Assembly: GCA_965214835.1 (NCBI GenBank)
Contig: CBDCCK010000002.1
Location: 96,001-160,000, forward strand
Reading direction: 5' to 3'
From: Nitrosopumilaceae archaeon
GTDB taxonomy: Archaea > Thermoproteota > Nitrososphaeria > Nitrososphaerales > Nitrosopumilaceae
DNA length: 64,000 bases
Shown in pieces: positions 8,902 through 18,261 of this stretch; positions within the stretch are counted from its first letter, which is position 1; each line of letters begins with the position of its first letter. The notes beneath the pieces were generated by a model. That model was not told the origin of the DNA. It did no database searches and saw nothing but the letters and a program-made list of their open reading frames with translations. The translations under genes and the position numbers were made by a program.

Positions 8902-11181
8902 TTATTTGTCGTTTCCAAGCCTTGCATCGGCGTCAAGCGCCAGTGCAAGCATCTTCTCTACATTTTCGGTGTCGGCGTTGCGGTTTGCCAGCAGCCAGAA
9001 CATCCTGCTTATGGTCTTGTCGCGTATCCCGAGCTCCCCGTGAAGGTACAGCATCTTGTGGCGCGACGTGACATAACTCAGGCACTCGCCGGAGTGCTCC
9101 TTCATGTTATTACTCATGACGTCTTTGATGTCGCAGTACTTGTCGGCGGACTTGCCGGTTCTGTCATACCAGGCAGTAGAGATCTTGTAGGGGATGCGCC
9201 TGGCGCTGAGGCACGCCTCCAGTTCAAAGAGGCGGTCACCGGTCTCGATGACGAGCAGCTTTTTGTCTGATTTGACAAGCTCTGCAAGCCTGGGCCAGTT
9301 ATGGAGTACAAGGACTATGTCCTTGCCGGCAGCAGGCATATGCGCAGGGAGCATCGGCCCCTCGCTTGTGACATACGCCGAGCCTTCGGCAGTCCTGATA
9401 AGATCGTCCTCCCGTATGCAGGAGCCGGAGAGCGCACTGGAGGGCTTGGTCAGGCAGTATCCGGTGTCCCAGCGCCCGAGGATTTTGCGCATGACAGGCA
9501 TCCTGCCGTTGTTTACGACGACAGTCATCCTGCCAACGTCTGCAACGCCCCTTCTCTCAGAGAGTACCACGCCTTTTTCCCCGGCCCTTTCCCTGTGGAA
9601 GTGGACTGGGACCTCGGTGACCGCAGGCGGCGCCATACGTTTGACTGCCAGGCCGTGCCTTTTGATGTACCCGTCAAGCGTCTCAATTCCAAGACCCGTG
9701 AACCTGTCCATCCAGACAGACGGATCATCGGGCCGGACGACCTCGATGCCGGGATCATGGCAGCGTACGGCATCGACCTTGGACTTTTCCATCTTTTCGG
9801 CTGCCAGGAACCGGCTGCCGCTGCAGAGTCCGAGCCTTGTGCGGCCGCCTCTGCTGTTACGAACCTGGTGTCTTGCGACTGCCAGGATCTCCTGCATCTG
9901 CTGATCGGACTCACTCCAGAGATTCTCGTCAATGCATGTCATCAGCGTCCGTTTTGGGTGGGAGAGATACTCCTCAAGCGTACCAACGCAGAACTGCTCT
10001 TTGAAGCATTTCTTGAATGCGGCATCAATGCCTGCGGTGATCCTTTTAGACGAGCCGTCGCTGAGCCTCTCCCGGTCAGGGGTAGGCGGGTACTTGCGCT
10101 CGTCAAGTATGTTGACAAACATCCTGGCGCAGTGGTATTTCAAGAAGCCGCCATAACCGTACTCGATTGGAATCCTTGCAAGAAACGTCTGCGCCGCAAA
10201 ATTGTAATGTGGGGTCTCGATTTTGCCGTTCTTCGTCCGTATGATTCTGAACACACAGGCAGCATCAAAGTCGTCATCGCCGAACTCAAAGACGTATGAT
10301 CCCAGAGACTGGTTGCCATTACAGGAGTTGAACAGGGGCTCGTCTTCCGCGCATCTTCCGGCCATCCCGGATATGGTTTCGGGCAGATAGGAGTGCGTTC
10401 CCTCCTCATACGTGTTGGCATACTCGGCACTGACGCGGGATCTGAGGTTCAGGATTGTGGGAACCCCGCTGAGTCGTGAGAGGAACTTTATCATGTCGCA
10501 TAGATGCACCATGTCGATCTTCTCGTACAGGGTGAGGCTTATCCTGGTTCCAAAGTGATCCATGTCAGGCTCCGGCAGCCCCGTCTGGAACCCCATCCCG
10601 TTCTTTCCCAGGACCGAGTACTTTTTGCCGGTCTCCCTAGAGTGGACGTCCATGATCATTATCTCTGACAAACACAGGTATGCGGCGCGTCCGAACCCGA
10701 ACTGCCCGTTCTCCGTTCCCTCAAAGTTGGTGGAGCGGCCAAGGACGGTATACACGTCGGTAAACGTCTCCCAGCTCATACCCATCGAGTCGATGCCCTC
10801 TATTGCCAGGCTGCGGTTTACAGGATCAAGGGTTATCTCTATGCGGGAGTCGGCGCCGTGATGTTTCATTGCGTGGCGGCACGCGCGGGCCTCGTTTGCG
10901 TACAGCTCCCGCAGGCCCGAACTGGCATGCTCGTACAGGTCGTGCGATATCCTCTGGATTACCACGTCCTCCTCCAGGGACGTCCTGATGAACCCGTCCT
11001 TTGTGCCGTCAGGCAGGGAGCCTGTACTGCCGGGGTTTGGGATAGGAAGCGGCTTTTCTGATATTATCTCCGGCTTGTAGTATTTTGTCCCGCTCAAGCC
11101 AGAGCAGTCATCAGAGTCACCCATCGTACGGCACCGGTCCGGATCGCGGGATCGTGGTGCGGCCAGGGGACTTTCCGTCAT
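8902..11181 (-). CDS. HtpG/Hsp90-like GHKL ATPase-domain protein (paralogue of 5100..7247)
   Basis: LRELYANEARA, DSMGMS, GQFGFGRAAY, GTRI; true start may lie further downstream. Confidence 0.8.
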   Translation of the reverse strand: MTESPLAAPRSRDPDRCRTMGDSDDCSGLSGTKYYKPEIISEKPLPIPNPGSTGSLPDGTKDGFIRTSLEEDVVIQRISHDLYEHASSGLRELYANEARACRHAMKHHGADSRIEITLDPVNRSLAIEGIDSMGMSWETFTDVYTVLGRSTNFEGTENGQFGFGRAAYLCLSEIMIMDVHSRETGKKYSVLGKNGMGFQTGLPEPDMDHFGTRISLTLYEKIDMVHLCDMIKFLSRLSGVPTILNLRSRVSAEYANTYEEGTHSYLPETISGMAGRCAEDEPLFNSCNGNQSLGSYVFEFGDDDFDAACVFRIIRTKNGKIETPHYNFAAQTFLARIPIEYGYGGFLKYHCARMFVNILDERKYPPTPDRERLSDGSSKRITAGIDAAFKKCFKEQFCVGTLEEYLSHPKRTLMTCIDENLWSESDQQMQEILAVARHQVRNSRGGRTRLGLCSGSRFLAAEKMEKSKVDAVRCHDPGIEVVRPDDPSVWMDRFTGLGIETLDGYIKRHGLAVKRMAPPAVTEVPVHFHRERAGEKGVVLSERRGVADVGRMTVVVNNGRMPVMRKILGRWDTGYCLTKPSSALSGSCIREDDLIRTAEGSAYVTSEGPMLPAHMPAAGKDIVLVLHNWPRLAELVKSDKKLLVIETGDRLFELEACLSARRIPYKISTAWYDRTGKSADKYCDIKDVMSNNMKEHSGECLSYVTSRHKMLYLHGELGIRDKTISRMFWLLANRNADTENVEKMLALALDADARLGNDK

Positions 11182-11346
11182 ATATGGTTGCTGTTTTCTG
11201 GTTCATAACATCATCTCCTTTGTTTTTTGAAATGGCGGCAGACATGCTGCCGGGACATCCGGTGCCGTGTGGCACTGGCTGATCCGGCAGGCGCGGCCGA
11301 CGCGCTGGAAGGGAGGAGTTCGTTGTGTATGAAACATTTCCTCACC

Positions 11347-11491
11347 TTCCATACATGCGCTGCAGCCGTCTGGTGGCTGTGGGCGCATGTTTCGGCCTTC
11401 CCCTTTTTCAGAGAAGGAGAAGGCCAACCCGGATTGCTACTCCGAGCGTTCCACATGACACGCAAAGGTGCCGTGGAACTCATCAGTGGAA
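11347..11491 (-). ncRNA. Type I hammerhead ribozyme variant with a large insertion (copy A)
   Basis: TTCCA-CTGATGA-[2 hairpins]-GGCCTTC..GAAGGCC-GAAA-CATGCGC..GCGCATG-TA-TGGAA. Confidence 0.65.
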
Positions 11492-11588
11492 TTTTCCCTT
11501 TTTGACTTGTGGCCGGCATGGATGCCGGACGGATTGGGCGCACCGCCGCCGCCGTCATGGCAATGGCCGGTGCTGGCTTGGCGGACAT

Positions 11589-12401
11589 TTACCTGTCTGC
11601 CACGTACCACAGGGTATTCCTGTGGCGGCCAGACATCGGCCACGGCATGCCGGATCGCGAAACCGTAACACCGCAGCCGGGTGCCTGCCAGCTGTCAAGC
11701 GTGAACCGGCCTATCCTTTCCGGTGCCTGTCCGTGATTTGCAGCCCGTGTCAGGTCTACTGTGACGCCGCTGCTGGTTACGACCATCGTGTCAATCCTGT
11801 CGCCAAACACGTCCTCAAAGAGGTGTCTGGTACGGGCCTCGTCGCACAGCTCGTAGTACAGGTTCACGTGGCGGCTGCCAAGTACCCAGTAGTCAAGCTT
11901 GTACAGGCCTATCACTTCAGGAATCCGCCGGTGGCCTGTCACGCGATGCAGCTTTTCAAGGAATTCCTCGGCAGAAGCAAACCCCCTGCTGGGAAGGTGA
12001 TCGATGCTGCCAGCCGGTTTCAGGGTTACATGGACGCCCCAGCCGCGTATGTCGATGTAGGTGCAGAGGGGGTTGTCGCCAAACTCGGCCTCAAAGAGGC
12101 GCCGGGCACAGGCCTTTATGTCGTCTATGACACGCGACCCTCCGGGTGCGGCTGGAACGCCGCACACCCTGCCGTGCCTGTCACGGACAAGCTCCGAGCC
12201 CGCTGGAACGTACATGCCTAGGTTGCAGCAGCCGTACACCTTTCTGCCGTATTTGATAAAGAGCGCGGCAGTGTTCTTTTTCAGGGCATGCTGCTTCCCA
12301 AGAAGTGAGCCTGCAGCGATACACTCGGCAGTATCCGGTACCGAGGTTGATGGCAGGAATTTGCCGTCATACATTGTCACTGTTTTTTGGTCCATGATCA
12401 T
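11589..12401 (-). CDS. QKTV-family hypothetical protein, copy 3
   Basis: MIMDQKTVTMYDGKFL... homologous N-terminus; AAGGAG RBS. Confidence 0.6.
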   Translation of the reverse strand: MIMDQKTVTMYDGKFLPSTSVPDTAECIAAGSLLGKQHALKKNTAALFIKYGRKVYGCCNLGMYVPAGSELVRDRHGRVCGVPAAPGGSRVIDDIKACARRLFEAEFGDNPLCTYIDIRGWGVHVTLKPAGSIDHLPSRGFASAEEFLEKLHRVTGHRRIPEVIGLYKLDYWVLGSRHVNLYYELCDEARTRHLFEDVFGDRIDTMVVTSSGVTVDLTRAANHGQAPERIGRFTLDSWQAPGCGVTVSRSGMPWPMSGRHRNTLWYVADR

Positions 12402-12529
12402 CTCCTTTTTTGCAGGTGCGGCAGTCACGCTGCCGGGACATCCGGTGCCGTGCGGCACTGGCTGATCCGGCAGGCGCGGCCGATGCGCTGGAAGGGAGGA
12501 GTCCGCTGTGTGTGAAACATTTCCTCACC

Positions 12530-12675
12530 TTCCATACATGCATCCACTGCCGTCTGACGGCTGTGGGTGCATGTTTCGACCTTCCCCTTTTTCAGGGACG
12601 GAGAAGGCCAACCCGGATTGCTGCTCCGAGCGTTCCACATGACACGCAAAGGTGCCGTGGAACTCATCAGTGGAA
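12530..12675 (-). ncRNA. Type I hammerhead ribozyme variant with a large insertion (copy B)
   Basis: Same core as copy A; stem III covaries (CATGCA/TGCATG versus CATGCG/CGCATG). Confidence 0.65.
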
Positions 12676-13080
12676 TTTTCCCTTTTGATTCATGACCGGC
12701 AGAGGCGCCGGTTCAGGCTGTCTGTTCTGGCGCGATGCCTGAATCATGGCACGCGCATCCGGACTGCACCATCCTGCGATGCGTCCGAGGTTTCCTATAC
12801 TGGAGGCGCACATGGCGCGCACCAGATCGACGCGGTCGTCCCGCGCAAGCGCGTTGAGAACGCGCACTGCGACGCGGGGGTCCACCCTGTTCTTATGGGT
12901 GACGCACCCGGCTACTGCCAGGGACGCGTTCCCGGAAAGGGACTTGCGCGCGCCCTGCCAGTTGTGGCCGCAGCAGGAATAGAACTCGGCTGCAAGGCCG
13001 GAGTGGCCGTTAATGACCAGGGCGTTGATGATGCCCGATACGTTCTTTGCGCTTAGCAATGCCAGGTGGTGCTGCAGCAG

Positions 13081-14976
13081 TTATACTGCAGGCATGGCAC
13101 TGTGAACCGGGCCCTGGCGGCCGTCCTGCGGAAGCGTTCTGCGACTGGAACGGCCGGCATGACTGCCGCGCTTGCCGCCGGCACCACTGCCGGAGCCCCT
13201 GGACTTTAGGAGGGTCCTGGCAAGACCGGCCTCCGTGCCTTTGCGGTCCACCGATTCCAGGGCAGATGACAGCTGCCTGAGGGATCCGGTGTCAAGCGAC
13301 CTCATCGAGGCGAGGACGTCGACTGTGGAGGAGTGTGTGTCCGGATAATCCGAATCCTCCGGCAGGGGCAGATCCATTCCGGACTCTGCCACATATGCGC
13401 CGTACTCCTTGACAAGCCTGTCGACTGCGCCGTTTTTGTGGCCACTTGCGGGCCTGCCGGCAGAATCCCTTGCGGGCCTGCCGCCGAGGATGCGGTATGC
13501 AAGCTTTGCCTCGGTTCCGCGACAGCCGGAGTTACGGAGATCGGCTGCCAGCCTCTTCAGGGAGTCCCTCTCAAGGCTTCTCAGTGATGCCATCGTCTCC
13601 TCGATGGAAGACTCGACGTCAGGGTATGCGTACTCGAACTCTGACTCTGTAGAGTCGATTCCGGATTCCGTCACATACTTGCTGCATTCGGCAATCGCTG
13701 CCGCGTTGGCATTCATTGCAGAGCCGTGGCGGCTGCCTGCAGCGGTCTTTTTGGCCCTGCCGCCTGCCGACTGCTTTCGGGCTGCCGGCGCGGTGCCTTG
13801 GCATCTGGCATGCGCGATTATGGCAGACGGATCAAAGGTTCTTTTGCCGCCCAGTCCTGCCTTTGACTTGGCGCGACTGAGAGTGCCCCATCCGGAGCGG
13901 CCGTCAGCAGAAGATGACGGCGACCGGTTACTGCGACTTTTGGATCTTGCCGCCATAGGCTGGTGCACCCTGCGTACGGGGAGCTCCTCCGGAGAGTCGT
14001 CCATGACCTCGGAGTAGAACTGTACCAGTGAGGCCTGCTCGTCGAGCTCAGAGGCGCTTGCCTTGAGATACTCGGCAGTTGCGGCGTCCTTTTCTTCTGC
14101 CAGTATGCCGGAGAACGTCTCGCGAACCTCATCAGACATCTCTGCCACGCATGCAAGGCTGCACACGCTGTCCTGCACGGCAGGATCAGCCGCCGTTGAC
14201 ACGACGGAAGGCTCGCAGGTCTTGACAGACATCCTGTCAAACTTGGATCCGGTACTGCTGATCTTTCTCCAGGATCCACTGCGGTCGCGGATTGCAAACG
14301 CTATCTCCGCTTTCCTGCAGCTGTCAATGTATTGCTGCCACGGTGATGCGGAGCGTTCGCGCCTTGTAAGCAGTGCCTGGCCGGCCGGCACCATTCCGTC
14401 AACGCCTGATGCGTGAGACGGGGTATCGGCATGAGATGACACGTGGGAGTGCACATCGTTGATGCCTGCAAGGACGCCGGTGTCGGTGACTGTGCTCACG
14501 GAGCCGTCATCCATGCGGGCCGCAAGGAGGGACAATCGCCTGTGACAGTCCTCCATGGCGTAGATCTCGCCGGGACACCCGTCGTCTGCAGGGTTCAGTG
14601 CAGATGATACCGTCTCATCGAGCATGCACTCTGCTGTAAGCTCGGTCCACTCGTCGCACATTGACTGTGCAAGCGATTTGGCCCGGGCTATCCTTACGTG
14701 GCGCGGTTCCCGCATCCTGACGGGGTTGCCAGTGTCCACAAGGATTATACTCCCGTTGGACATGACTGCGACAATCTCGCCACGTGACATGAACATATGC
14801 GTTTTACCGCCGCCTGCACCGGACGTCTTGTAGTAGACGGCCCCGCGGACGTTGGCGGATCTTCTCACCTGTCGGCAGACGCTGTTCACGTCGTGTTTTT
14901 TGCCGTCGACACTTATCGCGTCGAGGCGCGTATCTGTTTGTTTTGGTTTTTGTTTTTGTTTTTGTATTTGACTCAT
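13081..14976 (-). CDS. Large hypothetical protein with a duplicated C-terminal module
   Basis: About 630-aa ORF from MSQIQKQKQK; repeated YVxESG...YPD...ASxRSL...GTEA module. Confidence 0.65.
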   Translation of the reverse strand: MSQIQKQKQKPKQTDTRLDAISVDGKKHDVNSVCRQVRRSANVRGAVYYKTSGAGGGKTHMFMSRGEIVAVMSNGSIILVDTGNPVRMREPRHVRIARAKSLAQSMCDEWTELTAECMLDETVSSALNPADDGCPGEIYAMEDCHRRLSLLAARMDDGSVSTVTDTGVLAGINDVHSHVSSHADTPSHASGVDGMVPAGQALLTRRERSASPWQQYIDSCRKAEIAFAIRDRSGSWRKISSTGSKFDRMSVKTCEPSVVSTAADPAVQDSVCSLACVAEMSDEVRETFSGILAEEKDAATAEYLKASASELDEQASLVQFYSEVMDDSPEELPVRRVHQPMAARSKSRSNRSPSSSADGRSGWGTLSRAKSKAGLGGKRTFDPSAIIAHARCQGTAPAARKQSAGGRAKKTAAGSRHGSAMNANAAAIAECSKYVTESGIDSTESEFEYAYPDVESSIEETMASLRSLERDSLKRLAADLRNSGCRGTEAKLAYRILGGRPARDSAGRPASGHKNGAVDRLVKEYGAYVAESGMDLPLPEDSDYPDTHSSTVDVLASMRSLDTGSLRQLSSALESVDRKGTEAGLARTLLKSRGSGSGAGGKRGSHAGRSSRRTLPQDGRQGPVHSAMPAV

Positions 14977-15160
14977 TAAAACACCTTTTTTTGGTTGTCT
15001 CTTGGCACTGTCGTCATGACAGTGCAACGGCACGGCATTCTTTCCCGCGCCCGGTGTGATGCTGTAAAAAAACACATGATATGGGCCAGGTGACATCCGG
15101 CCCAAATGACACATGATAGAATCTTCATGCGCCGCTATACTGCGGAAAACTGTTCTCGGA

Positions 15161-15230
15161 CTCCCACACCTGCCTGCCTGTCAGCCTACAATAGTAGGTA
15201 ATGCAGGATTTGGAGGCCGCTGTCAGGTCA
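15161..15230 (-). ncRNA. Unknown structured motif X, copy 1
   Basis: TGACCTG..CTCC-AAAT-CCTGC-ATTA-hairpin-CTGACAGGCAG-GCAGG-TGTG-GGAG, following a T-tract. Confidence 0.6.
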
Positions 15231-15314
15231 CGAAAAAATTGGGGTTTGGACCGTCTACATGCGGCCCGTGTTCAGATACGCACAGTTGGGACATGCCGTC
15301 ACATGCCTCCTGCC

Positions 15315-15379
15315 TTCCACACCTGCCTGCCTGTCAGCCCTTTCGGGTATTGCAGGGTTTGAAAACAGTTGCCAGGTCA
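15315..15379 (-). ncRNA. Unknown structured motif X, copy 2
   Basis: Same conserved blocks with a shorter apical hairpin (CCC-GAAA-GGG). Confidence 0.6.
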
Positions 15380-15410
15380 CTAAAAATGTTGGATGCGTGC
15401 AGCCCCGAGG

Positions 15411-15758
15411 TCAGTTGCTCTTTCTCAGATACCCGGCGATCTCCCTGAGAATTGCCGTGATGTCATCCAGCTTGTCCAGCTTGGTGTCGATTCGATCCAG
15501 CTTGTCCAGCTTGGTGTTAATCCGGTCAAACCGCTTGTGTATCTTGGAGACCTCGTCATGTGTAAGAAGCAGCATCGTAATCCCTACGATCGCAGGCATT
15601 ATAAAGACTCCGTACACGGGCCACTCTCTTAGCAGCTCCAGCACGTCAGATTCCCCGCCAAACATGAGGAAGAATCCGAACAGAAGCATGCTTACAAATA
15701 CGACTCCCATCGGTCTTCTGAAGAGGAGCTGTACCTTTGCAGTAACGTGTTTGTTCAT
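15411..15758 (-). CDS. Two-TM protein with LDKLD heptad coiled-coil tail
   Basis: Hydrophobic segments then RFDRINTKLDKLDRIDTKLDKLD; tandem duplicate of 15877..16191. Confidence 0.75.
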   Translation of the reverse strand: MNKHVTAKVQLLFRRPMGVVFVSMLLFGFFLMFGGESDVLELLREWPVYGVFIMPAIVGITMLLLTHDEVSKIHKRFDRINTKLDKLDRIDTKLDKLDDITAILREIAGYLRKSN

Positions 15759-15776
15759 GTTGTTTGTTCCTTCGGA

Positions 15777-15845
15777 CTCCCACACCTGCCTGCCTGTCAG
15801 CCTACAAAGTAGGTAATGCAGGATTTGGAGACCGCTGTCAGGTCA
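15777..15845 (-). ncRNA. Unknown structured motif X, copy 3
   Basis: Ends about 19 nt upstream of the ATG at 15758. Confidence 0.6.
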
Positions 15846-15876
15846 CGAAAAAATGTTGGATGCGTTGCCCTTGATG

Positions 15877-16191
15877 TCAGTCCTTCTTCAGATACCCTGC
15901 GATTTCCCGCAGAACGGCGGTAATCTCGTCAAGCTTGTCAAGCTTGGTGTCAATCCGGTCAAACCGCTTGTGTATCTTGGAGACCTCGTCATGTGTAAGA
16001 AGCAGCATCGTAATCCCTACGATCGCAGGCATTATAAAGACTCCGTACACGGGCCACTCTCTTAGCAGCTCCAGCACGTCGGACTCCCCGCCAAACATGA
16101 GGAAGAATCCGAACAGAAGCATGCTTACAAATACGACTCCCATCGGTCTTCTGAAGAGGAGCTGTACCTTTGCAGTAACGTGTTTGTTCAT
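15877..16191 (-). CDS. Two-TM protein with LDKLD heptad tail (one repeat fewer)
   Basis: Nearly identical to 15411..15758. Confidence 0.75.
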   Translation of the reverse strand: MNKHVTAKVQLLFRRPMGVVFVSMLLFGFFLMFGGESDVLELLREWPVYGVFIMPAIVGITMLLLTHDEVSKIHKRFDRIDTKLDKLDEITAVLREIAGYLKKD

Positions 16192-16209
16192 GTTGTTTGT
16201 TCCTTCGGA

Positions 16210-16277
16210 CTCCCACACCTGCCTGCCTGTCAGCCTACAAAGTAGGTAATGCAGGATTTGGAGCCCTTGTCAGGTCA
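16210..16277 (-). ncRNA. Unknown structured motif X, copy 4
   Basis: Ends about 19 nt upstream of the ATG at 16191. Confidence 0.6.
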
Positions 16278-16312
16278 CTAAAAAATTTATGGTGTTTGAA
16301 GGAACAGGATTC

Positions 16313-16741
16313 CTACGGCACCCGCCTGTCCATGGCCGACTTTATGCCTCCCAGAACAGACAGTATTTCCTTTAGCACGACGCGCGTCATCTCGCCGTCG
16401 TCTTTGAGTGTCTTGCGCGTCATCTCGCCGTCGTCTTTGAGTGTCTTGCGCGTCATCTCGCCGTCCTTTCTGATGGCCTCCGTGAGTGTCTTGCGCGTCA
16501 TCTCGCCGTCCTTTCTGATGGTATCCTTGATTCCGGATGCGACATCGGCCGTAAGGAATGACATTATCAGTCCTACGAAGCCGGCGATAATAAAGGCTAT
16601 GCCCTCGCCGATCATGTCGATTCCGTCATTGATATGGGAGGACACGGCCATGACGACGCCGGTGCCGGTTATCCATCCGAACACGATGTTGGCGCGCCTG
16701 ATGATCCTGTCCTTGATTCTCTTCCTCATGTTCACGTTCAT
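16313..16741 (-). CDS. Two-TM protein with DGEMTRKTL repeats
   Basis: Two hydrophobic helices followed by four DGEMTR repeats. Confidence 0.7.
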   Translation of the reverse strand: MNVNMRKRIKDRIIRRANIVFGWITGTGVVMAVSSHINDGIDMIGEGIAFIIAGFVGLIMSFLTADVASGIKDTIRKDGEMTRKTLTEAIRKDGEMTRKTLKDDGEMTRKTLKDDGEMTRVVLKEILSVLGGIKSAMDRRVP

Positions 16742-16775
16742 TTTTTCTCCATTTGGCGTCTCACTCGCCGTGCAT

Positions 16776-16852
16776 TTCCCACACCGGCCTGCCTGTCAGC
16801 CCCGTGCCGCAATGGGACGGGATGATGCCGGTTTGGAATGGTTGGCAGGTCA
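16776..16852 (-). ncRNA. Unknown structured motif X, copy 5 (covarying)
   Basis: CCTGC/GCAGG becomes CCGGC/GCCGG and CTCC/GGAG becomes TTCC/GGAA, while the loop blocks are unchanged. Confidence 0.65.
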
Positions 16853-16883
16853 TAAAAAAAATAAAGGGGTGTTACGGCCTTTT

Positions 16884-17555
16884 TCAGCAGCCGTATGACT
16901 GTGCCCACGCTTCTCGCGCGAACTCGCTTTTTGTGCAGAACCTTTCCAGTATCTCGGCATGCCCGGAGGTGACAAGCATCTCGTTGATCGAGACCGCATC
17001 GGAGCTGTAATGACAGATCACCTTTGCTATCACCCTGTCATACGAGCCGCCGGGCTGGCCGTCGTCCACGTCGTATACCGCGACGCTTCCGACCGGGCAC
17101 TTGGAGCTGACGTATGCCGTGGCATCCTTGTACCCGAACTCCCCCCTCTCGGGGGTGTTGACTAGTGCAAGCCTGACCCGCTTGCCCTCAACGTCCAGCG
17201 TGTCGCCGTCGATGATCCTCGTTACCGCACCGGCCTTCAGGCCGATTACCGATGACAGCCCGGTGCCGCTCTGGTTGAGATACACCTGGTGACGCCCAAG
17301 GGGGTCTGCAGGCCTGTCCTTGTCGTCTGCCTGCTGGCTGTCTGGCGTGCTGTGCCAGTTGCCGGATCCGCGGCGGCTTTCTGCTGCGCCTGTGAACTGG
17401 GAATCAACGGCATGGCCTATGCTGTCAACAACGCTGTCCACGCCGCCTGAAACGACTGGCGTGAAATGGGCCGAGATTGCCGGCGCCACAACGATGATGG
17501 CCATCATAAGCACCATTCCGATGATGATGGTTCCTGTTGTTCTTAGTTTGGTCAT
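16884..17555 (-). CDS. Membrane-anchored thermonuclease (SNase family)
   Basis: RIIDGDTL, RVRLALVNTPE, YDRVIA and INEMLVTSGHA motifs; N-terminal TM helix. Confidence 0.9.
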   Translation of the reverse strand: MTKLRTTGTIIIGMVLMMAIIVVAPAISAHFTPVVSGGVDSVVDSIGHAVDSQFTGAAESRRGSGNWHSTPDSQQADDKDRPADPLGRHQVYLNQSGTGLSSVIGLKAGAVTRIIDGDTLDVEGKRVRLALVNTPERGEFGYKDATAYVSSKCPVGSVAVYDVDDGQPGGSYDRVIAKVICHYSSDAVSINEMLVTSGHAEILERFCTKSEFAREAWAQSYGC

Positions 17556-17623
17556 AGACGCCCAAAAATTTGGCGTTTCGGGTCTGCATAGCCCAGTCGG
17601 GCTGACCCAATCCTCAGTATGAC
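17551..17623 (-). ncRNA. Type I hammerhead ribozyme overlapping the thermonuclease start codon
   Basis: GTCATA-CTGAGGA-TT-GGGTC..GACCC-GAAA-CGCC..GGCG-TC-TATGAC. Confidence 0.88.
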
Positions 17624-17673
17624 TGCGTTGAGTGGAAATGAAAACAAGAAAAAAGAAGGGGCGGGCGTGAGCC

Positions 17674-17919
17674 CTAGTGGAAGTCGCATCGCCGGCGGTG
17701 AAAACCGTCCCAGCGGCAGCGGGGGCATGGCAGAATCTCCGGATCGCTCAGTACCCACCGGGCAATCCAGAGATAATCGTACCTGATCAGCCAGCGTACG
17801 GCCATCCGCATGCCGCCCCTGCGGACTGCGGAGCCAAAGCACCTGAACTCCTTGAGGATGTTCCAGAGCACGCGCGCCGAGACGTGCGTGTATACGCTGC
17901 TGTTTTTGCTAGAAGTCAT
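17674..17919 (-). CDS. Small Cys-containing hypothetical protein
   Basis: ATG lies in hammerhead stem I; CPRC...CDFH end shared with 18262..18636. Confidence 0.6.
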   Translation of the reverse strand: MTSSKNSSVYTHVSARVLWNILKEFRCFGSAVRRGGMRMAVRWLIRYDYLWIARWVLSDPEILPCPRCRWDGFHRRRCDFH

Positions 17920-17991
17920 AGACGCCCAAAAGTTTGGCGTTTCGGGCTTGCATGAACCCCTGGAGGGGGCTGGCCCAATCGTCAGTATGAC
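17915..17991 (-). ncRNA. Type I hammerhead ribozyme overlapping a start codon
   Basis: GTCATA-CTGACGA-TT-GGGC..GCCC-GAAA-CGCC..GGCG-TC-TATGAC. Confidence 0.88.
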
Positions 17992-18063
17992 CGTTGAGTG
18001 AAAGGAAGAAAAAGAATGGGTGGGGAGGACTTGAGGATCCTCCCGGATCGAGGAGCGAATGAC

Positions 18064-18192
18064 TCACCGGTCTGCCGGTACAGTACGTCCCAGGTTCCTG
18101 AGATAACATTCGTCCTTGAAATCTGCTATGGCTGCCAGCTCATCGGAGGTCTCAAAGTCCTCTGCTGCGCCTGTATCATAGATGTAATCCAT
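18064..18192 (-). CDS. 42-aa acidic micropeptide (MDYIY family), copy 1
   Basis: MDYIYDTGAAEDFETSDELAAIADFKDECYLRNLGRTVPADR; frame and length conserved across three full copies. Confidence 0.55.
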   Translation of the reverse strand: MDYIYDTGAAEDFETSDELAAIADFKDECYLRNLGRTVPADR

Positions 18193-18261
18193 GAGTGTAA
18201 TGTGGAAATTCTTGCAAAGTGTAAATTGTAAAAAGAAAAAAGGGGGTTGTGACTGCGGCCG

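Larger units (their letters stand above)
11246..12685. repeat. About 255-bp direct repeat (approx. 11246..11503 and 12428..12685) flanking one gene
   Basis: Near-identical sequence; each copy contains the expanded hammerhead and downstream hairpins. Confidence 0.85.

Noticed and set aside
18020-18062. GGAGGATCCTCAAGTCCTCC hairpin after the MDYIY ORF as a twister or HDV ribozyme
   Set aside because: Only a partial loop resemblance; the copy at about 18740-18790 has a different loop, and the required pseudoknots are absent. More likely a 3' stabilising or terminator hairpin.
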